DNA of 64,000 bases from Candidatus Latescibacterota bacterium. GTDB taxonomy: Bacteria; Latescibacterota; UBA2968; GCA-2709665. Positions within the stretch are counted from its first letter, which is position 1. Each line of letters starts with the position of its first letter. Shown here piece after piece: positions 31,751 through 41,619 of this stretch. Under the pieces are notes generated by a model that searched no databases, was not told the DNA's origin, and worked only from the letters and a program-made list of their open reading frames with translations. The stretch spans positions 672,001 through 736,000 of the forward strand of contig CBDDDZ010000004.1 of the NCBI GenBank assembly GCA_965226795.1. Reading direction: 5' to 3'. Made by a program: the position numbers and the translations under genes.

Positions 31751-32569
31751 ATGGCCGAGACGGTTGCACTGACACTGTCCCAGCGGTATCATTTCGACAC
31801 ATACGGGTACGTATTGCTGGAAGACGCGTTGACGCCGGACGAGGTGGGACGCATGAAGGCGGCGCTTTACCGGCTGAAAGCCGATCCCGAATCGGCGGCA
31901 CCGCGCGTGTACGTGCGCCCGAGGGGCGACCACCATGTGCTGTTTGGAAATCTGGTGGAGTACGACCCTGCTTTGCTGAAATATGCGGCCCATCCCGGGC
32001 TGGTTCCTCTGGTGGAAGAGGTGGTGGGCGGGGCGGTTCGTCTGGAGGAGACGGAAGCGATTATCAATCGGCGGGATTCGAAGGCGGATCTGGATCAACT
32101 TCGGAAACGCCGGACCAATCCTACGGGTTTTCACAGGGGTACTACGGCGACCTGGGGTTGTTATACGGAGCAGGATCGGTTTCACTGCATCTTTGTAAAA
32201 ACGCTCGCCTATCTGACGGACGTGGAGCCGGATGACGGAGGCACCTGCCTGATTCCCGGCAGCCACCGGTTGACGTGGCCCCGCGAAGAGATGATCCGGG
32301 CGGCCATGGACGACGAGAGGCTGATCCATCAGGTCGAGGCCAGGGCCGGTTCGGTACTCTTGTTCGGGGAGTCGCTGATTCACAGCACCACGGCCATCCG
32401 GAGCGATAGGGAGCGGGTGATTCTGGTTGCGGGATACACGCCGCCGATGCTCCGGGAGTGGATGGGCAACGAAGTGAGCCCCGCATTTGTCGCGACCCTT
32501 CCCGAAAAGATGCGGCCGCTGATTTCGGGCAGCGACAGCTGGAACTGGCGGCGGAACTATACACAGTAG
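31751..32569 (+). CDS. phytanoyl-CoA dioxygenase (PhyH) family Fe(II)/2OG enzyme with HxG motif
   Basis: F-x-x-x-GY-x-x-x-ED, YLTDV-x-x-x-x-GG-x-x-x-IPGSH, AG-x-V-x-x-F...H and R motifs. Confidence 0.85.
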   Translation: MAETVALTLSQRYHFDTYGYVLLEDALTPDEVGRMKAALYRLKADPESAAPRVYVRPRGDHHVLFGNLVEYDPALLKYAAHPGLVPLVEEVVGGAVRLEETEAIINRRDSKADLDQLRKRRTNPTGFHRGTTATWGCYTEQDRFHCIFVKTLAYLTDVEPDDGGTCLIPGSHRLTWPREEMIRAAMDDERLIHQVEARAGSVLLFGESLIHSTTAIRSDRERVILVAGYTPPMLREWMGNEVSPAFVATLPEKMRPLISGSDSWNWRRNYTQ

Positions 32570-32596
32570 CATCGATTCTTTCGAGGAGTTCTCTCA

Positions 32597-33340
32597 ATGT
32601 CTGACTTGCGTGTGTTTGTCGGGGACCTGACCCGGACGGAATTTCGGAAGCGGATGGAGTCGGGTATGATTGAGGCGGGGATTGTGCCTGTCGGCGCCAC
32701 GGAGCAACACAACGAACATCTGGAGATGATTCACGATGCGTTTCACGTGAGTCACGTCGCGGAACAGGCCGCCAAACGGCTTCATCCGCGGATCGTGGTG
32801 GCGTCTCCCATATGCATCGGCGTGTCGGAGCACTGGATGGAACATATCGGAACGCTGACGGTGCGTGCGGAGATTTTTTGCGAGTACGTTTACGACGTGT
32901 GCGATTCACTCAGGCGGGCGGGTATTCGGAATATTCTTATTCTGAATGGCCATGGAGGAAACGTGAAACCGCTTATGGGCCGCATTGACGAGTACCGGGA
33001 ACGGCTGGGTCTGAATCTCCGGTTTCAGTCTTACTGGGACGTGTACGATCCCGCGCTGGTTTTTTCGAGCATGGAGACCAACCGTCTTCCCGGACACGCC
33101 TGTGAATTCGAAACCTCCACGATGCTGGCGCTCGCGCCGGAACGGGTCCACGCTGCGGATATGGTCAACGAGGCTGCGGCGCTGGCAACGAGAGAAAAAG
33201 GGGAGCGGCTGATCGGGCCGGCGGTTGCGGGTGTGGCGGACGTGTTGAGCAGAATGATCGCCGGCGAAGCCGTGAATAAGCCTCCGGTCACGTTTGTGGA
33301 TGGACAGCGCATTCATATGGTAACCGGCGACCCGGTTTAG
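32597..33340 (+). CDS. creatininase family amidohydrolase
   Basis: P-x-G-x-x-EQH-x-x-HL, NGHGGN and HA-x-x-x-ETS. Confidence 0.9.
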   Translation: MSDLRVFVGDLTRTEFRKRMESGMIEAGIVPVGATEQHNEHLEMIHDAFHVSHVAEQAAKRLHPRIVVASPICIGVSEHWMEHIGTLTVRAEIFCEYVYDVCDSLRRAGIRNILILNGHGGNVKPLMGRIDEYRERLGLNLRFQSYWDVYDPALVFSSMETNRLPGHACEFETSTMLALAPERVHAADMVNEAAALATREKGERLIGPAVAGVADVLSRMIAGEAVNKPPVTFVDGQRIHMVTGDPV

Positions 33341-33354
33341 ACCACTGCAAAAAA

Positions 33355-33430
33355 TGGAGCCGCCCGGGGGACTCGAACCCCCGACCTACGGATTACAAAT
33401 CCGTTGCTCTACCAGCTGAGCTAGGGCGGC
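33355..33430 (-). tRNA. tRNA-Thr(UGU)
   Basis: 76-nt cloverleaf GCCGCCC...TAGCTCAGCTGGTAGAGC...TGT anticodon...GTTCGAGTC...GGGCGGC-TCCA. Confidence 0.97.
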
Positions 33431-33675
33431 TTGAATTCAGCGATTAACCACGATTCGGTATAAATCCGATGCCGAAGGACATCCGGAAAGCACCAACTTT
33501 CCGGATGTCGCGCCGAACTGGCGACTCCTCTTCAAACCCACTGCGAATGAACCGTCGATGGGAGTGCAGAACACCGTGCCCCTCCCGAGGATTGCCGGAT
33601 TACGCTCTCCGTCACGAGAACGGTAGACAGACGAAGCCGGGGCACTCATGCGGCCCGGAAGGCGCTCCCGATCCG

Positions 33676-35088
33676 TCAGGACCGCTTCCAGACCGTCCCT
33701 TCCGGTGTGTCCTCCAGCGTGTAGCCCAATTCCGTGAACCGATCCCGAATCTCGTCCGCCCGCGCCCAATTCCTCTCCTTCCTCGCCTGGTCGCGTTCCG
33801 TGATCAACGCCGCAAGATCATCTGGAAGTTCGTCCTCCCGGGCATCCTCTTTTGGCGAATGAAAAACCCCGAGCACCTGATCGATCTCATCCAGAAAGCC
33901 GTCAATCCTGTCGGCACCGTCCCGGTCCAACTGTTCCTCAAGAAGCAGATCGTCCACGGCATTCACCATCTCAAAGACGACGCTCATCGCACGCGGTGTG
34001 TTCAGATCGTCATCCATGTGCCGGATAAACCCCTCCCGCGCCTTTTCCAATAGCGACGCGGGTTCGTCCCCGCCGTCTCTCCGCGTAATCTCGCTCAGCC
34101 TGCGCCTGAAATTGTCCAGCCTCCGCATTGTATTCCGTGCGGCGTCGAGCACCTCCGCGGAGAAATTGAACGCGGTACGATAATGGTTGCTCACCACCAG
34201 GTAGCGGAAGGCACGTGCGTCATTGGGCGTATGCACGATATCCCGCACCGTCAGAAAATTGCCCAGGCTCTTGGACATCTTTTCGTCGTCTACGTTGATA
34301 TGCGCGCCGTGCAGCCAGTAATTGACAAAGCGCTTGCCCGTTACCGCCTCGCTTTGCGCGATCTCATTCTGGTGGTGCGGAAAAATCAGATCCACGGCTC
34401 CGGCGTGGATGTCGATGGTTTCCCCCAGATATTTGATTGACATGCAGGAGCACTCCATGTGCCAGCCCGGCCTTCCCTTGCCCAGGTCCGTCTTCCAGAA
34501 TATATTTCCGTCTTCCGGTTTCCACGCCTTCCACAACACGAAATCCCGCGCGTCTTCCTTGTCGTATTTGTCCGTATCCACACCGCTGGCGCCTGCCTGC
34601 AATCCGGAAACATCCAGTTGCGCCAGTTCCCCGTACGAGGGAAAGCTCCGTATCGAAAAATATACGGATCCTTCGTGTACGTATGCATGACCTTCTTCTT
34701 TCATCCGCGCGATCATTTCCACGATTTCGGATATGTGATCCGTTGCACGCGGATAGTGATCGGCAGGGAGCAGATTCAACGTTGCCATATCCTCGAAAAA
34801 GGCCGCCGTATACCGATCGGTGAGTTCCTTTAGCGTTGTCTCTTCGTCGCGCACTTTCCCGATAATATTGTCGTCCACGTCCGTGATGTTCATGACGTGG
34901 AAAACCTGATAACCCCGAAATGTCAGATAGCGTTTAATCAGGTCAAAGACGACAAATGTCTTGAAATTTCCGATATGGGAATAGTCGTGAACCGTCGGCC
35001 CGCAACTGTAGAACGTGACCTTGCCCGGCTCAATCTCCCTGAATTCCTCTTTTTCCCGGGTCAGACTATTGTAAAAACAAATGGCCAT
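33676..35088 (-). CDS. cysS: cysteine--tRNA ligase
   Basis: CGPTV, HIGN, GRPGWHMEC, FPHHQNE and KMSKS. Confidence 0.98.
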   Translation of the reverse strand: MAICFYNSLTREKEEFREIEPGKVTFYSCGPTVHDYSHIGNFKTFVVFDLIKRYLTFRGYQVFHVMNITDVDDNIIGKVRDEETTLKELTDRYTAAFFEDMATLNLLPADHYPRATDHISEIVEMIARMKEEGHAYVHEGSVYFSIRSFPSYGELAQLDVSGLQAGASGVDTDKYDKEDARDFVLWKAWKPEDGNIFWKTDLGKGRPGWHMECSCMSIKYLGETIDIHAGAVDLIFPHHQNEIAQSEAVTGKRFVNYWLHGAHINVDDEKMSKSLGNFLTVRDIVHTPNDARAFRYLVVSNHYRTAFNFSAEVLDAARNTMRRLDNFRRRLSEITRRDGGDEPASLLEKAREGFIRHMDDDLNTPRAMSVVFEMVNAVDDLLLEEQLDRDGADRIDGFLDEIDQVLGVFHSPKEDAREDELPDDLAALITERDQARKERNWARADEIRDRFTELGYTLEDTPEGTVWKRS

Positions 35089-35133
35089 TGACAGTTCCCT
35101 CGTTGCCGCGTTCCAGAACCCCCTCGCACGCGG

Positions 35134-36237
35134 CTATACGGATGTCTTCAACCGCCGCTCCCGACCGTGTCGTTCAAACGCGAACTGAATCAGGCGGTCG
35201 ACCAGTTCCGTACAGGATATCCCGCTCGCCTCCCACAGCTTCGGATACATACTGATCCGCGTAAAGCCGGGAATGGTATTGATTTCGTTGATAAGTACCT
35301 CGTCTTCTCCGCGCAAAAAGCAATCCACGCGAGCCATGCCCTCACAGCATAGCACCCTGTAGGCCTGAATTGCCAACGCCTGAACCGTGTGTACAGTCGC
35401 CTGGGGAAGGTCTGCCGGAATCGCCAGTCCGGCTCCGTGTTCGTCGATATATTTCGCTTCGTACGTGTAGAACTCGTGATGCGGTATGATCTCACCAGGA
35501 ACGGATGCGATAGGATCGTCGTTGCCCAGGACCGAAACCTCGATTTCGCGGCCGCCCGCGTCAGCCTCGATCAGAATCTTGTGGTCGTACTGAAACGCAA
35601 ATTCGAGCGCGTCGACAAACATCGCCCGCCCGTCCACCCGGCTCACGCCCACCGACGAACCCAGATTGGCCGGCTTTACAAATACGGGCAATCCGAGCCG
35701 TTTCACAACCGCATCGAAATCAATTCTCGCACAGGACCGGAAAAATGCCAGAAAATCAGGGGTCGGAATGCCGGCTTCCCGCAGCAGGCGCTTCATGACG
35801 TCTTTATCCATCGCCACCGCCGAACCCAGGACACCGGCGCCCACGAAAGGAATATCGGCCAGTTTCAACATCCCCTGAATGGTGCCGTCCTCTCCGAATG
35901 GCCCGTGCAGAACGGGAAACACGACATCCAGCGCCTCCATCCGCTGATAATCGGAAGAACGGACGAGATGCGCACCACCGGTGTCCTGCGGCACCAGCGT
36001 CACGCCGACATCCGTGTCCTCTACCATCAGCTCCGGGAGTTCCGACCCCGCGGCCTCGACATAGAGACGAGAGGGAGCACTCAGGTGCCACTGCCCTCCA
36101 CGGTCGATTCCTATCAATACCACATCGTATTTGCTCTTGTCAATTGCCTCGACGACATTTCTTGCTGACTCCAGCGACACTTCGTGCTCGGCTGACTTTC
36201 CGCCGAAAAGCACGCCGACGCGGATCTTTTCGCCCAT
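35134..36237 (-). CDS. ddl: D-alanine--D-alanine ligase
   Basis: GG-x-S-x-EHEVS, HG-x-x-GEDG, GSSVG and NEINT-x-PG. Confidence 0.97.
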   Translation of the reverse strand: MGEKIRVGVLFGGKSAEHEVSLESARNVVEAIDKSKYDVVLIGIDRGGQWHLSAPSRLYVEAAGSELPELMVEDTDVGVTLVPQDTGGAHLVRSSDYQRMEALDVVFPVLHGPFGEDGTIQGMLKLADIPFVGAGVLGSAVAMDKDVMKRLLREAGIPTPDFLAFFRSCARIDFDAVVKRLGLPVFVKPANLGSSVGVSRVDGRAMFVDALEFAFQYDHKILIEADAGGREIEVSVLGNDDPIASVPGEIIPHHEFYTYEAKYIDEHGAGLAIPADLPQATVHTVQALAIQAYRVLCCEGMARVDCFLRGEDEVLINEINTIPGFTRISMYPKLWEASGISCTELVDRLIQFAFERHGRERRLKTSV

Positions 36238-36293
36238 CGACGTTTCCCCTGGTGAAAATTGGAGCCTGTCGCGCCTTTATTCGGTGAGTCCAT

Positions 36294-36995
36294 TCAATGC
36301 GGGGGGCCGTCAGGACGCCCGATATCAGGTGGTGTTGAATCCCCGGAATCGTCTGAATCTCTCCGGCCCTTCTTTCTCCACCACAGCCAGTACCCGATTC
36401 CGCCGGCCACCATCAGTACGAGAATCACCCGATTATAAGCCCGCAGTACATCGACCACCAGCCCCCAGTTTTCGCCCACCTTCAGCCCGAAATACACCAG
36501 CAGGCTGTTCCACAGAAGCGTGCTCAGGACGACATAGCCCAACATCCGAAGCGGATGAATGCGGCTGATCCCGGCCCCGATCCCGACAAATGCCCGCACG
36601 GTAGGCAAAAACCGGTTGAAGATCACAATCCGATCGCCATACCGCAAAAAACCCGCCTCCACGCGGTTCAGATTTTTCTCTGAAAAAATCCGGGAATTGA
36701 AACTCAGGATAAATGCACGCCCTTTCCAGTACGCCACCGCGTAAACCAGCAGACATCCCATTGTGCTGCCCAGCCACATTGCCACATATGCCGGCACCAA
36801 CCGGACAATGCCCACCCCGGCCAGATATGCGCCAAAGACGATTAGGGTATCTCCCGGAAGGGGCGGTACCAAATTCTCCATAAAGGCGCCGAGAAACAAA
36901 AAAAAACAGATCAATTCCGGTGGCTGATCGCCCAGAAACAGCAGAAACTGCTCCCATGCCCGCGACAAGAACACAAGATCGAACGAAAAATCCAA
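36294..36995 (-). CDS. DedA family membrane protein
   Basis: EN-x-x-PPLPGD, RFLP-x-x-R-x-F and TM pattern. Confidence 0.9.
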   Translation of the reverse strand: MDFSFDLVFLSRAWEQFLLFLGDQPPELICFFLFLGAFMENLVPPLPGDTLIVFGAYLAGVGIVRLVPAYVAMWLGSTMGCLLVYAVAYWKGRAFILSFNSRIFSEKNLNRVEAGFLRYGDRIVIFNRFLPTVRAFVGIGAGISRIHPLRMLGYVVLSTLLWNSLLVYFGLKVGENWGLVVDVLRAYNRVILVLMVAGGIGYWLWWRKKGRRDSDDSGDSTPPDIGRPDGPPH

Positions 36996-37004
36996 CCGCC
37001 CCCC

Positions 37005-38210
37005 TTAATCCCGGTTTCCGTTTACCGGGTCATGGACTGCTGCCCTTAGCGCAACCAGCGCGACGGCCTGTGCGGCGATTCCCTCTTCCGTCCCTACAAA
37101 TCCCAGGCCCTCGGTGGTCGTTGCCTTTATCGACATCCGTTCCGCCGCGATTCCAAGCGACCCTGCCATTTTTGCCCGCATATCTGAAATATACGGCGCA
37201 AGCTTCGGGCGCTGCGCAATCACTGTCGCATCCACGTTTATGATTTCGGCGGCGGTTTCGCGGGCCAGCCCCGATACCCGCTCCAGCAGAATCAGACTGG
37301 AAATACCGGCATAGGCCGGATCGGCATCGGGAAAATGCCTGCCGATATCGCCCTGACCCATCGCACCGAGAATGGCATCCGCGACCGCATGGGAAAGCAC
37401 ATCGGCGTCGGAGTGCCCCTGTAGACCCCGGTCGAACGGAACAGTCACCCCGCCCAGAATCAACGGCCGCCCCGAAACCAGCCGGTGTACGTCATAACCC
37501 TGCCCTGATCGTAATTCTGATGGCATGCCCTCCGCTCTGGATCTCAAGATCGATTCAGCCATCGCCAGATCCTCCGGCGCCGTGATTTTCAGATTGTCCT
37601 CACGGCCCGTCACGACGTATACCGGCGCCTTCAGTTGCTCAACGAGCGATGTGTCGTCCGTACCCACGTACCCGCTTCGGGCGGCTGCTCCATGCGCCCG
37701 ACGTAATAATGGCGCGCCGAACGCCTGGGGGGTCTGGACGCGCCACAACCGTGACCGGTCCAACGTGCGCAACACACGCCCGTTTTCGATCTCCTTGACC
37801 GTATCCGTTACGGGAGTACCCAGCACCGCCGAGCCCTTCTCACGCGCCAGATCGATGACAGCGTCGATCTGATCGGGCAGAATCAACGGCCGCGCCCCAT
37901 CATGGATCGCAATGAGCGTGGCGTCGGCCTGTACCGCCCGAAGTCCCTCCGCAACAGAATCCTGGCGCCGCACCCCTCCCGTCACCACGGCGGTTACCTT
38001 CCGTATTCCCCACCCGCGAACAATCTCCCTGCATCGATCCACGCAATCCGACAGCGTGACAAGCACAACGCGGTCGACCTGTTTTGCGCGCTCGAAGGCC
38101 GTCAATGTATGAACAAGCATCGGACGCCCTGCCAGGCAGATAAATTGCTTGGGCAGGTCGCCCCCCATCCGCCGGCCGGAGCCGGCGGCAAGCAGAATTG
38201 CGTAAACCAT
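37005..38210 (-). CDS. ispDF: bifunctional IspD/IspF
   Basis: AAGSG-x-RMG, HDGARP, QTPQ and KIT (IspD); GYDVH, HSDADV and KATT-x-E-x-LG (IspF). Confidence 0.96.
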   Translation of the reverse strand: MVYAILLAAGSGRRMGGDLPKQFICLAGRPMLVHTLTAFERAKQVDRVVLVTLSDCVDRCREIVRGWGIRKVTAVVTGGVRRQDSVAEGLRAVQADATLIAIHDGARPLILPDQIDAVIDLAREKGSAVLGTPVTDTVKEIENGRVLRTLDRSRLWRVQTPQAFGAPLLRRAHGAAARSGYVGTDDTSLVEQLKAPVYVVTGREDNLKITAPEDLAMAESILRSRAEGMPSELRSGQGYDVHRLVSGRPLILGGVTVPFDRGLQGHSDADVLSHAVADAILGAMGQGDIGRHFPDADPAYAGISSLILLERVSGLARETAAEIINVDATVIAQRPKLAPYISDMRAKMAGSLGIAAERMSIKATTTEGLGFVGTEEGIAAQAVALVALRAAVHDPVNGNRD

Positions 38211-38236
38211 AGAGACTGACGAATCCAGAACACCAC

Positions 38237-39274
38237 CTATAGAATCAACATCGCGTCGCCGTAGCTGTAAAACCTATATCGTTTCCGCACCGCTTCCTTG
38301 TACGCCTCCAATATGAATCCTCGATCCGAGAATGCAGAAACAAGCATCAGCAGTGTCGAACGGGGCAGGTGAAAATTGGTGACCAGCGTGTCTATGAGCT
38401 TGAACCGGTACGGAGGATACACGAATAACCGTGTCCAACCCGACCCGGGATTCAGAATCCAGCCATAGGACGTTCGCGACGCCGATGCCTCGATCGCACG
38501 CACGGTGGTTGTGCCCACCGCAACAACGCGCCCTCCATTCCGCCGGCATGCGTTCACCTTCTCAGCGGCTTCGGAATCAATCTCGAAGTACTCTGCATCC
38601 ATTTGGTGCCGCCGGGGATCTTCCACTTCCACGGGCTTGAACGTGCCCGGACCCACGTGGAGCAGCACCGGGACGATCTCCACGCCGGACGCCCGGATCC
38701 GATCAAGGAGACCCGACGTAAAGTGCAGGCCTGCGGTAGGGGCCGCCACCGCCCCCAGGGTTCGCGCGTACACCGCCTGGTACCGGTCTCGATCCGTCGG
38801 ATGCTCCTCCCGTCTGATGTATGGCGGCAGGGGGATGCGTCCATGGCTTTCCAGAACCACTTCCAGAGATGCGCCGCCCTTGAACCGAACCATCCGACGT
38901 CCGGAGGGCAGAACCGCGGTCACTTCCGCAACAAGATCCACGTCCGGGAAGGCCACCTCCGCGCCCTCCCGCAGCCGGCGGCCCGGACGCGCGAGTACTT
39001 CCCAGCAATCCCCGTCGCAACGAACCAGCAGAAGCTCCACGGCCCCCCGGGTGCCGGGCCGGTACCCGTTGAGGCGGGCCGGAAAAACGCGCGTTTCGTT
39101 GACGACCAGGCAATCTCCGGGACCCAGGAAATCCGGAAACGACCTGAACACCGCATGATCAATACGCCCGGTTTTCCGATCCAGAACCATCAACCGGGCG
39201 CCGTCCCGTTCGGAGGCGGGGTACTGGGCGATCAATTCCTGGGGAAGCTCGTAATCGTAGTCGGCAAGGTTCAT
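38237..39274 (-). CDS. queA: S-adenosylmethionine:tRNA ribosyltransferase-isomerase
   Basis: [19 protein letters not shown]-x-GTF, TNFHLP-x-STL and YRFYSYGD. Confidence 0.98.
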   Translation of the reverse strand: MNLADYDYELPQELIAQYPASERDGARLMVLDRKTGRIDHAVFRSFPDFLGPGDCLVVNETRVFPARLNGYRPGTRGAVELLLVRCDGDCWEVLARPGRRLREGAEVAFPDVDLVAEVTAVLPSGRRMVRFKGGASLEVVLESHGRIPLPPYIRREEHPTDRDRYQAVYARTLGAVAAPTAGLHFTSGLLDRIRASGVEIVPVLLHVGPGTFKPVEVEDPRRHQMDAEYFEIDSEAAEKVNACRRNGGRVVAVGTTTVRAIEASASRTSYGWILNPGSGWTRLFVYPPYRFKLIDTLVTNFHLPRSTLLMLVSAFSDRGFILEAYKEAVRKRYRFYSYGDAMLIL

Positions 39275-39465
39275 GGAACCCGATGTGCGAAATCACGACG
39301 ACACGTACATTGTTGCCGGCGTTTCGACCCGTATGGCGGGTTACCACGTCTGCTGGTTCCCGCAGGTAGATCGGCGAGCCCTTCACCCTCCGCGCCTGGC
39401 CGTCGGGACGGCCCTGAGGTCCACCTCAGGCCAACGCCGCCGCTGGCGGATTCGCCCGATTTACG

Positions 39466-39690
39466 TTACCGCCGGGAAATCAGGTTCAGGACCACGGTCA
39501 GGACGATGCTAATCACAATACACGTTACAATCGGAAAATAAAGCCTGAAGCCCTCCCGGCGAACGACAATATCCCCCGGCAGCCGCCATGACAAAGGAAA
39601 TTTATCTCCGACCCAGAGCAAAAAGCCCACCGAAAACACCAGAATCCCTACAATCATCAGGACTCTGGCAAAGCCGGAAAACTCGTTCAC
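39466..39690 (-). CDS. DUF2905 family small membrane protein
   Basis: LPGDI...YFPIVTCIVIS motif, located upstream of queA. Confidence 0.85.
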   Translation of the reverse strand: MNEFSGFARVLMIVGILVFSVGFLLWVGDKFPLSWRLPGDIVVRREGFRLYFPIVTCIVISIVLTVVLNLISRR

Positions 39691-39944
39691 GACAACAACC
39701 CTTCGGAGAAGCCGAAACTTACAGAATTCTCGAACCGACGTCAAGGTATTGCGTTCCGAAATGAGGTTTCGGAACAAGCGGGCGAGAAGCTGACGCCGGG
39801 CGAATCCGGCTTTCCTGAACACCCAGGATGCTCGATCGAATCCGTAGCGACTCTCGCCGTGGTCCCACAAAAACAACAAACGTGAAACACGCCACACCGC
39901 AGCGGCGGGCCGTTTCACGTTTGGCATCTCGCGCGGGGCGGCCT

Positions 39945-40979
39945 TTACGGCGTAAACACGACCTTCAACGCCTCCATATTCTCCGCGGCCGTGAACCCTT
40001 TCTCCCAATCTGTAAGGGGCAACCGGTGTGTAATTATCGGATCCACCTCGATCTTGCCGTCGGCAATCATCCAGATGGTTTTGTCCCAACTCGCGTATTC
40101 TGTCGACATGTTGAAAAAGAGTGTCACGACCTTGGTCATTGCCGCATCCCAGTCCAGTTGCACGGGACGCTTGCCTGTAAGGCCAATGGCGCATATCCGA
40201 CCCCATTTGCAAACCAGATCGACCGCCTGGGCGATGGCCGGCGGCGCGCCCGAGCACTCAATCACCAGGTCCGCCCCCTTGCCGTCCGTCAGCTCCATGC
40301 AGCGCTCCACCGGATCCGCCTCCGCGAAATTCACAACGTGTTCGACGCCCAACCTGCGCGCCGTCGCAAGACGCAGTTCCTCGTCTGCCGGTGCGCCTAC
40401 GATCATCACTTCCCGCGCCCCCGCCACACGCGCCACCTGGGCCGCCAGCAGACCGATAGGCCCCGGCCCCAGCACCACCACAAAATCGCCCACCTCAATC
40501 GCTTGCCGATCGATGATATCCGTCACCGTATTGGCCGCTGGTTCAACCAGCGCACCCTGCTCAAAACTCATATGGTCCGGTATCCGGTGCAACAGGTTGG
40601 TAGGATATTTCATATATCTGGTGAACGCGCCATCGATACCCCAGCCAGGAGATCTCTTCTCCAGGCAGTTCTGTATATGCCCTTTCCGACAAAGGAAACA
40701 CTTGCCGCAGTGCAATGTATGGGGCTCGCCAACCACGCGGGCGCCGACCTTCCAATCCGTTACCGAATTTCCAACTTCGACGATCTCACCCGAGAACTCA
40801 TGGCCCAGGATCACGGGCGGCCAGTACGGAAACGTATCGTGTTTAACGTGTACATCCGTACCGCAGATTCCTGCTGCCTTTACTTCAATCAAAACCTCGT
40901 CGTCCGTAATTTCGGGCTCCGGCACGTCGCGCAGTTCCAGAAACCCAACGCCTCGTTTGGTCTTGACAACCGCCTCCAT
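39945..40979 (-). CDS. Zn-dependent alcohol/sugar dehydrogenase (MDR family)
   Basis: GICGTD, GHE, C-x-x-C-x-x-C...C structural Zn site and GPGPIG. Confidence 0.92.
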   Translation of the reverse strand: MEAVVKTKRGVGFLELRDVPEPEITDDEVLIEVKAAGICGTDVHVKHDTFPYWPPVILGHEFSGEIVEVGNSVTDWKVGARVVGEPHTLHCGKCFLCRKGHIQNCLEKRSPGWGIDGAFTRYMKYPTNLLHRIPDHMSFEQGALVEPAANTVTDIIDRQAIEVGDFVVVLGPGPIGLLAAQVARVAGAREVMIVGAPADEELRLATARRLGVEHVVNFAEADPVERCMELTDGKGADLVIECSGAPPAIAQAVDLVCKWGRICAIGLTGKRPVQLDWDAAMTKVVTLFFNMSTEYASWDKTIWMIADGKIEVDPIITHRLPLTDWEKGFTAAENMEALKVVFTP

Positions 40980-41142
40980 AATCTGCTCCTTTTATGTTGG
41001 ATCGTCGCAATTACGCTTTGGTGGCCGGCGTAAAGCAAACTCGACGCTGCGCAACGTATACCTCAGGATCGCGGGTCCCCCGCTGAGCCCTGCACGACGG
41101 TGAAATCTCGCGAATACGGCACGCACAAGACACGAATTCCCC

Positions 41143-41171
41143 TTGAAATTCGGGGTTGGATAATGTATAAT
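41143..41171 (+). promoter_or_regulatory. near-consensus sigma70 promoter, antisense to the 63-aa gene
   Basis: TTGAAA-17 nt-TATAAT. Confidence 0.55.
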
Positions 41172-41231
41172 CAACTTTATAATGCGGTCGACCGGCGTTT
41201 AACCGGTCGGCTGATCCGATTGTAACCTGAA

Positions 41232-41423
41232 TCAACCGCAATCCAGACAACGCACTTCGTCGAAAATCCGATCCTGTTCATCCGGCTCGTCAATTGAAAA
41301 ATTAACGAGGCACCTTACGGCCTTGGAAGGGTCCTCCAGACGGTATCGGGCGGCGATCTCTTCCAGAAACGCCATCTGGTGTGTTTCCAGCAAGATCTCG
41401 AAAGTCTTCTTTTCCTTGAACAC
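41232..41423 (-). CDS. small (63 aa) hypothetical protein, possibly ribbon-helix-helix-like, with C-terminal CxxC
   Basis: AAGGGAGG SD before GTG; own promoter; ends RCLDCG. Confidence 0.75.
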   Translation of the reverse strand: MFKEKKTFEILLETHQMAFLEEIAARYRLEDPSKAVRCLVNFSIDEPDEQDRIFDEVRCLDCG

Positions 41424-41491
41424 GCCAGCACCTCCCTTTAGAGTCGGATTCCACGGTGTAGCCGATAATATTCCCGCGTTTCCGCAGATTC

Positions 41492-41520
41492 ATGATAGGG
41501 TTTCGGCAGTGTATTGTCAA
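41492..41520 (-). promoter_or_regulatory. putative sigma70 promoter of the 63-aa gene
   Basis: TTGACA-17 nt-TATCAT. Confidence 0.6.
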
Positions 41521-41619
41521 TGGGGATTCGTCTCCCCGCACCCGCATTATCCGGACCGGCCCGTACCCGATCCGGCAAATCGACAACAGGGCCTTTACTG
41601 ATCGCTGGCTCCCTAATTT

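Noticed and set aside
33340..33430. Island or prophage integrated at tRNA-Thr
   Set aside because: No integrase and no duplicated tRNA 3' end seen in the window.
37005..38210. ispD-ispF fusion as a novelty
   Set aside because: Bifunctional IspDF is well known.
39691..40257. 263-aa version of the DUF2905 ORF
   Set aside because: Only the last ~74 aa are family-like; the rest overlaps the dehydrogenase gene in another frame.
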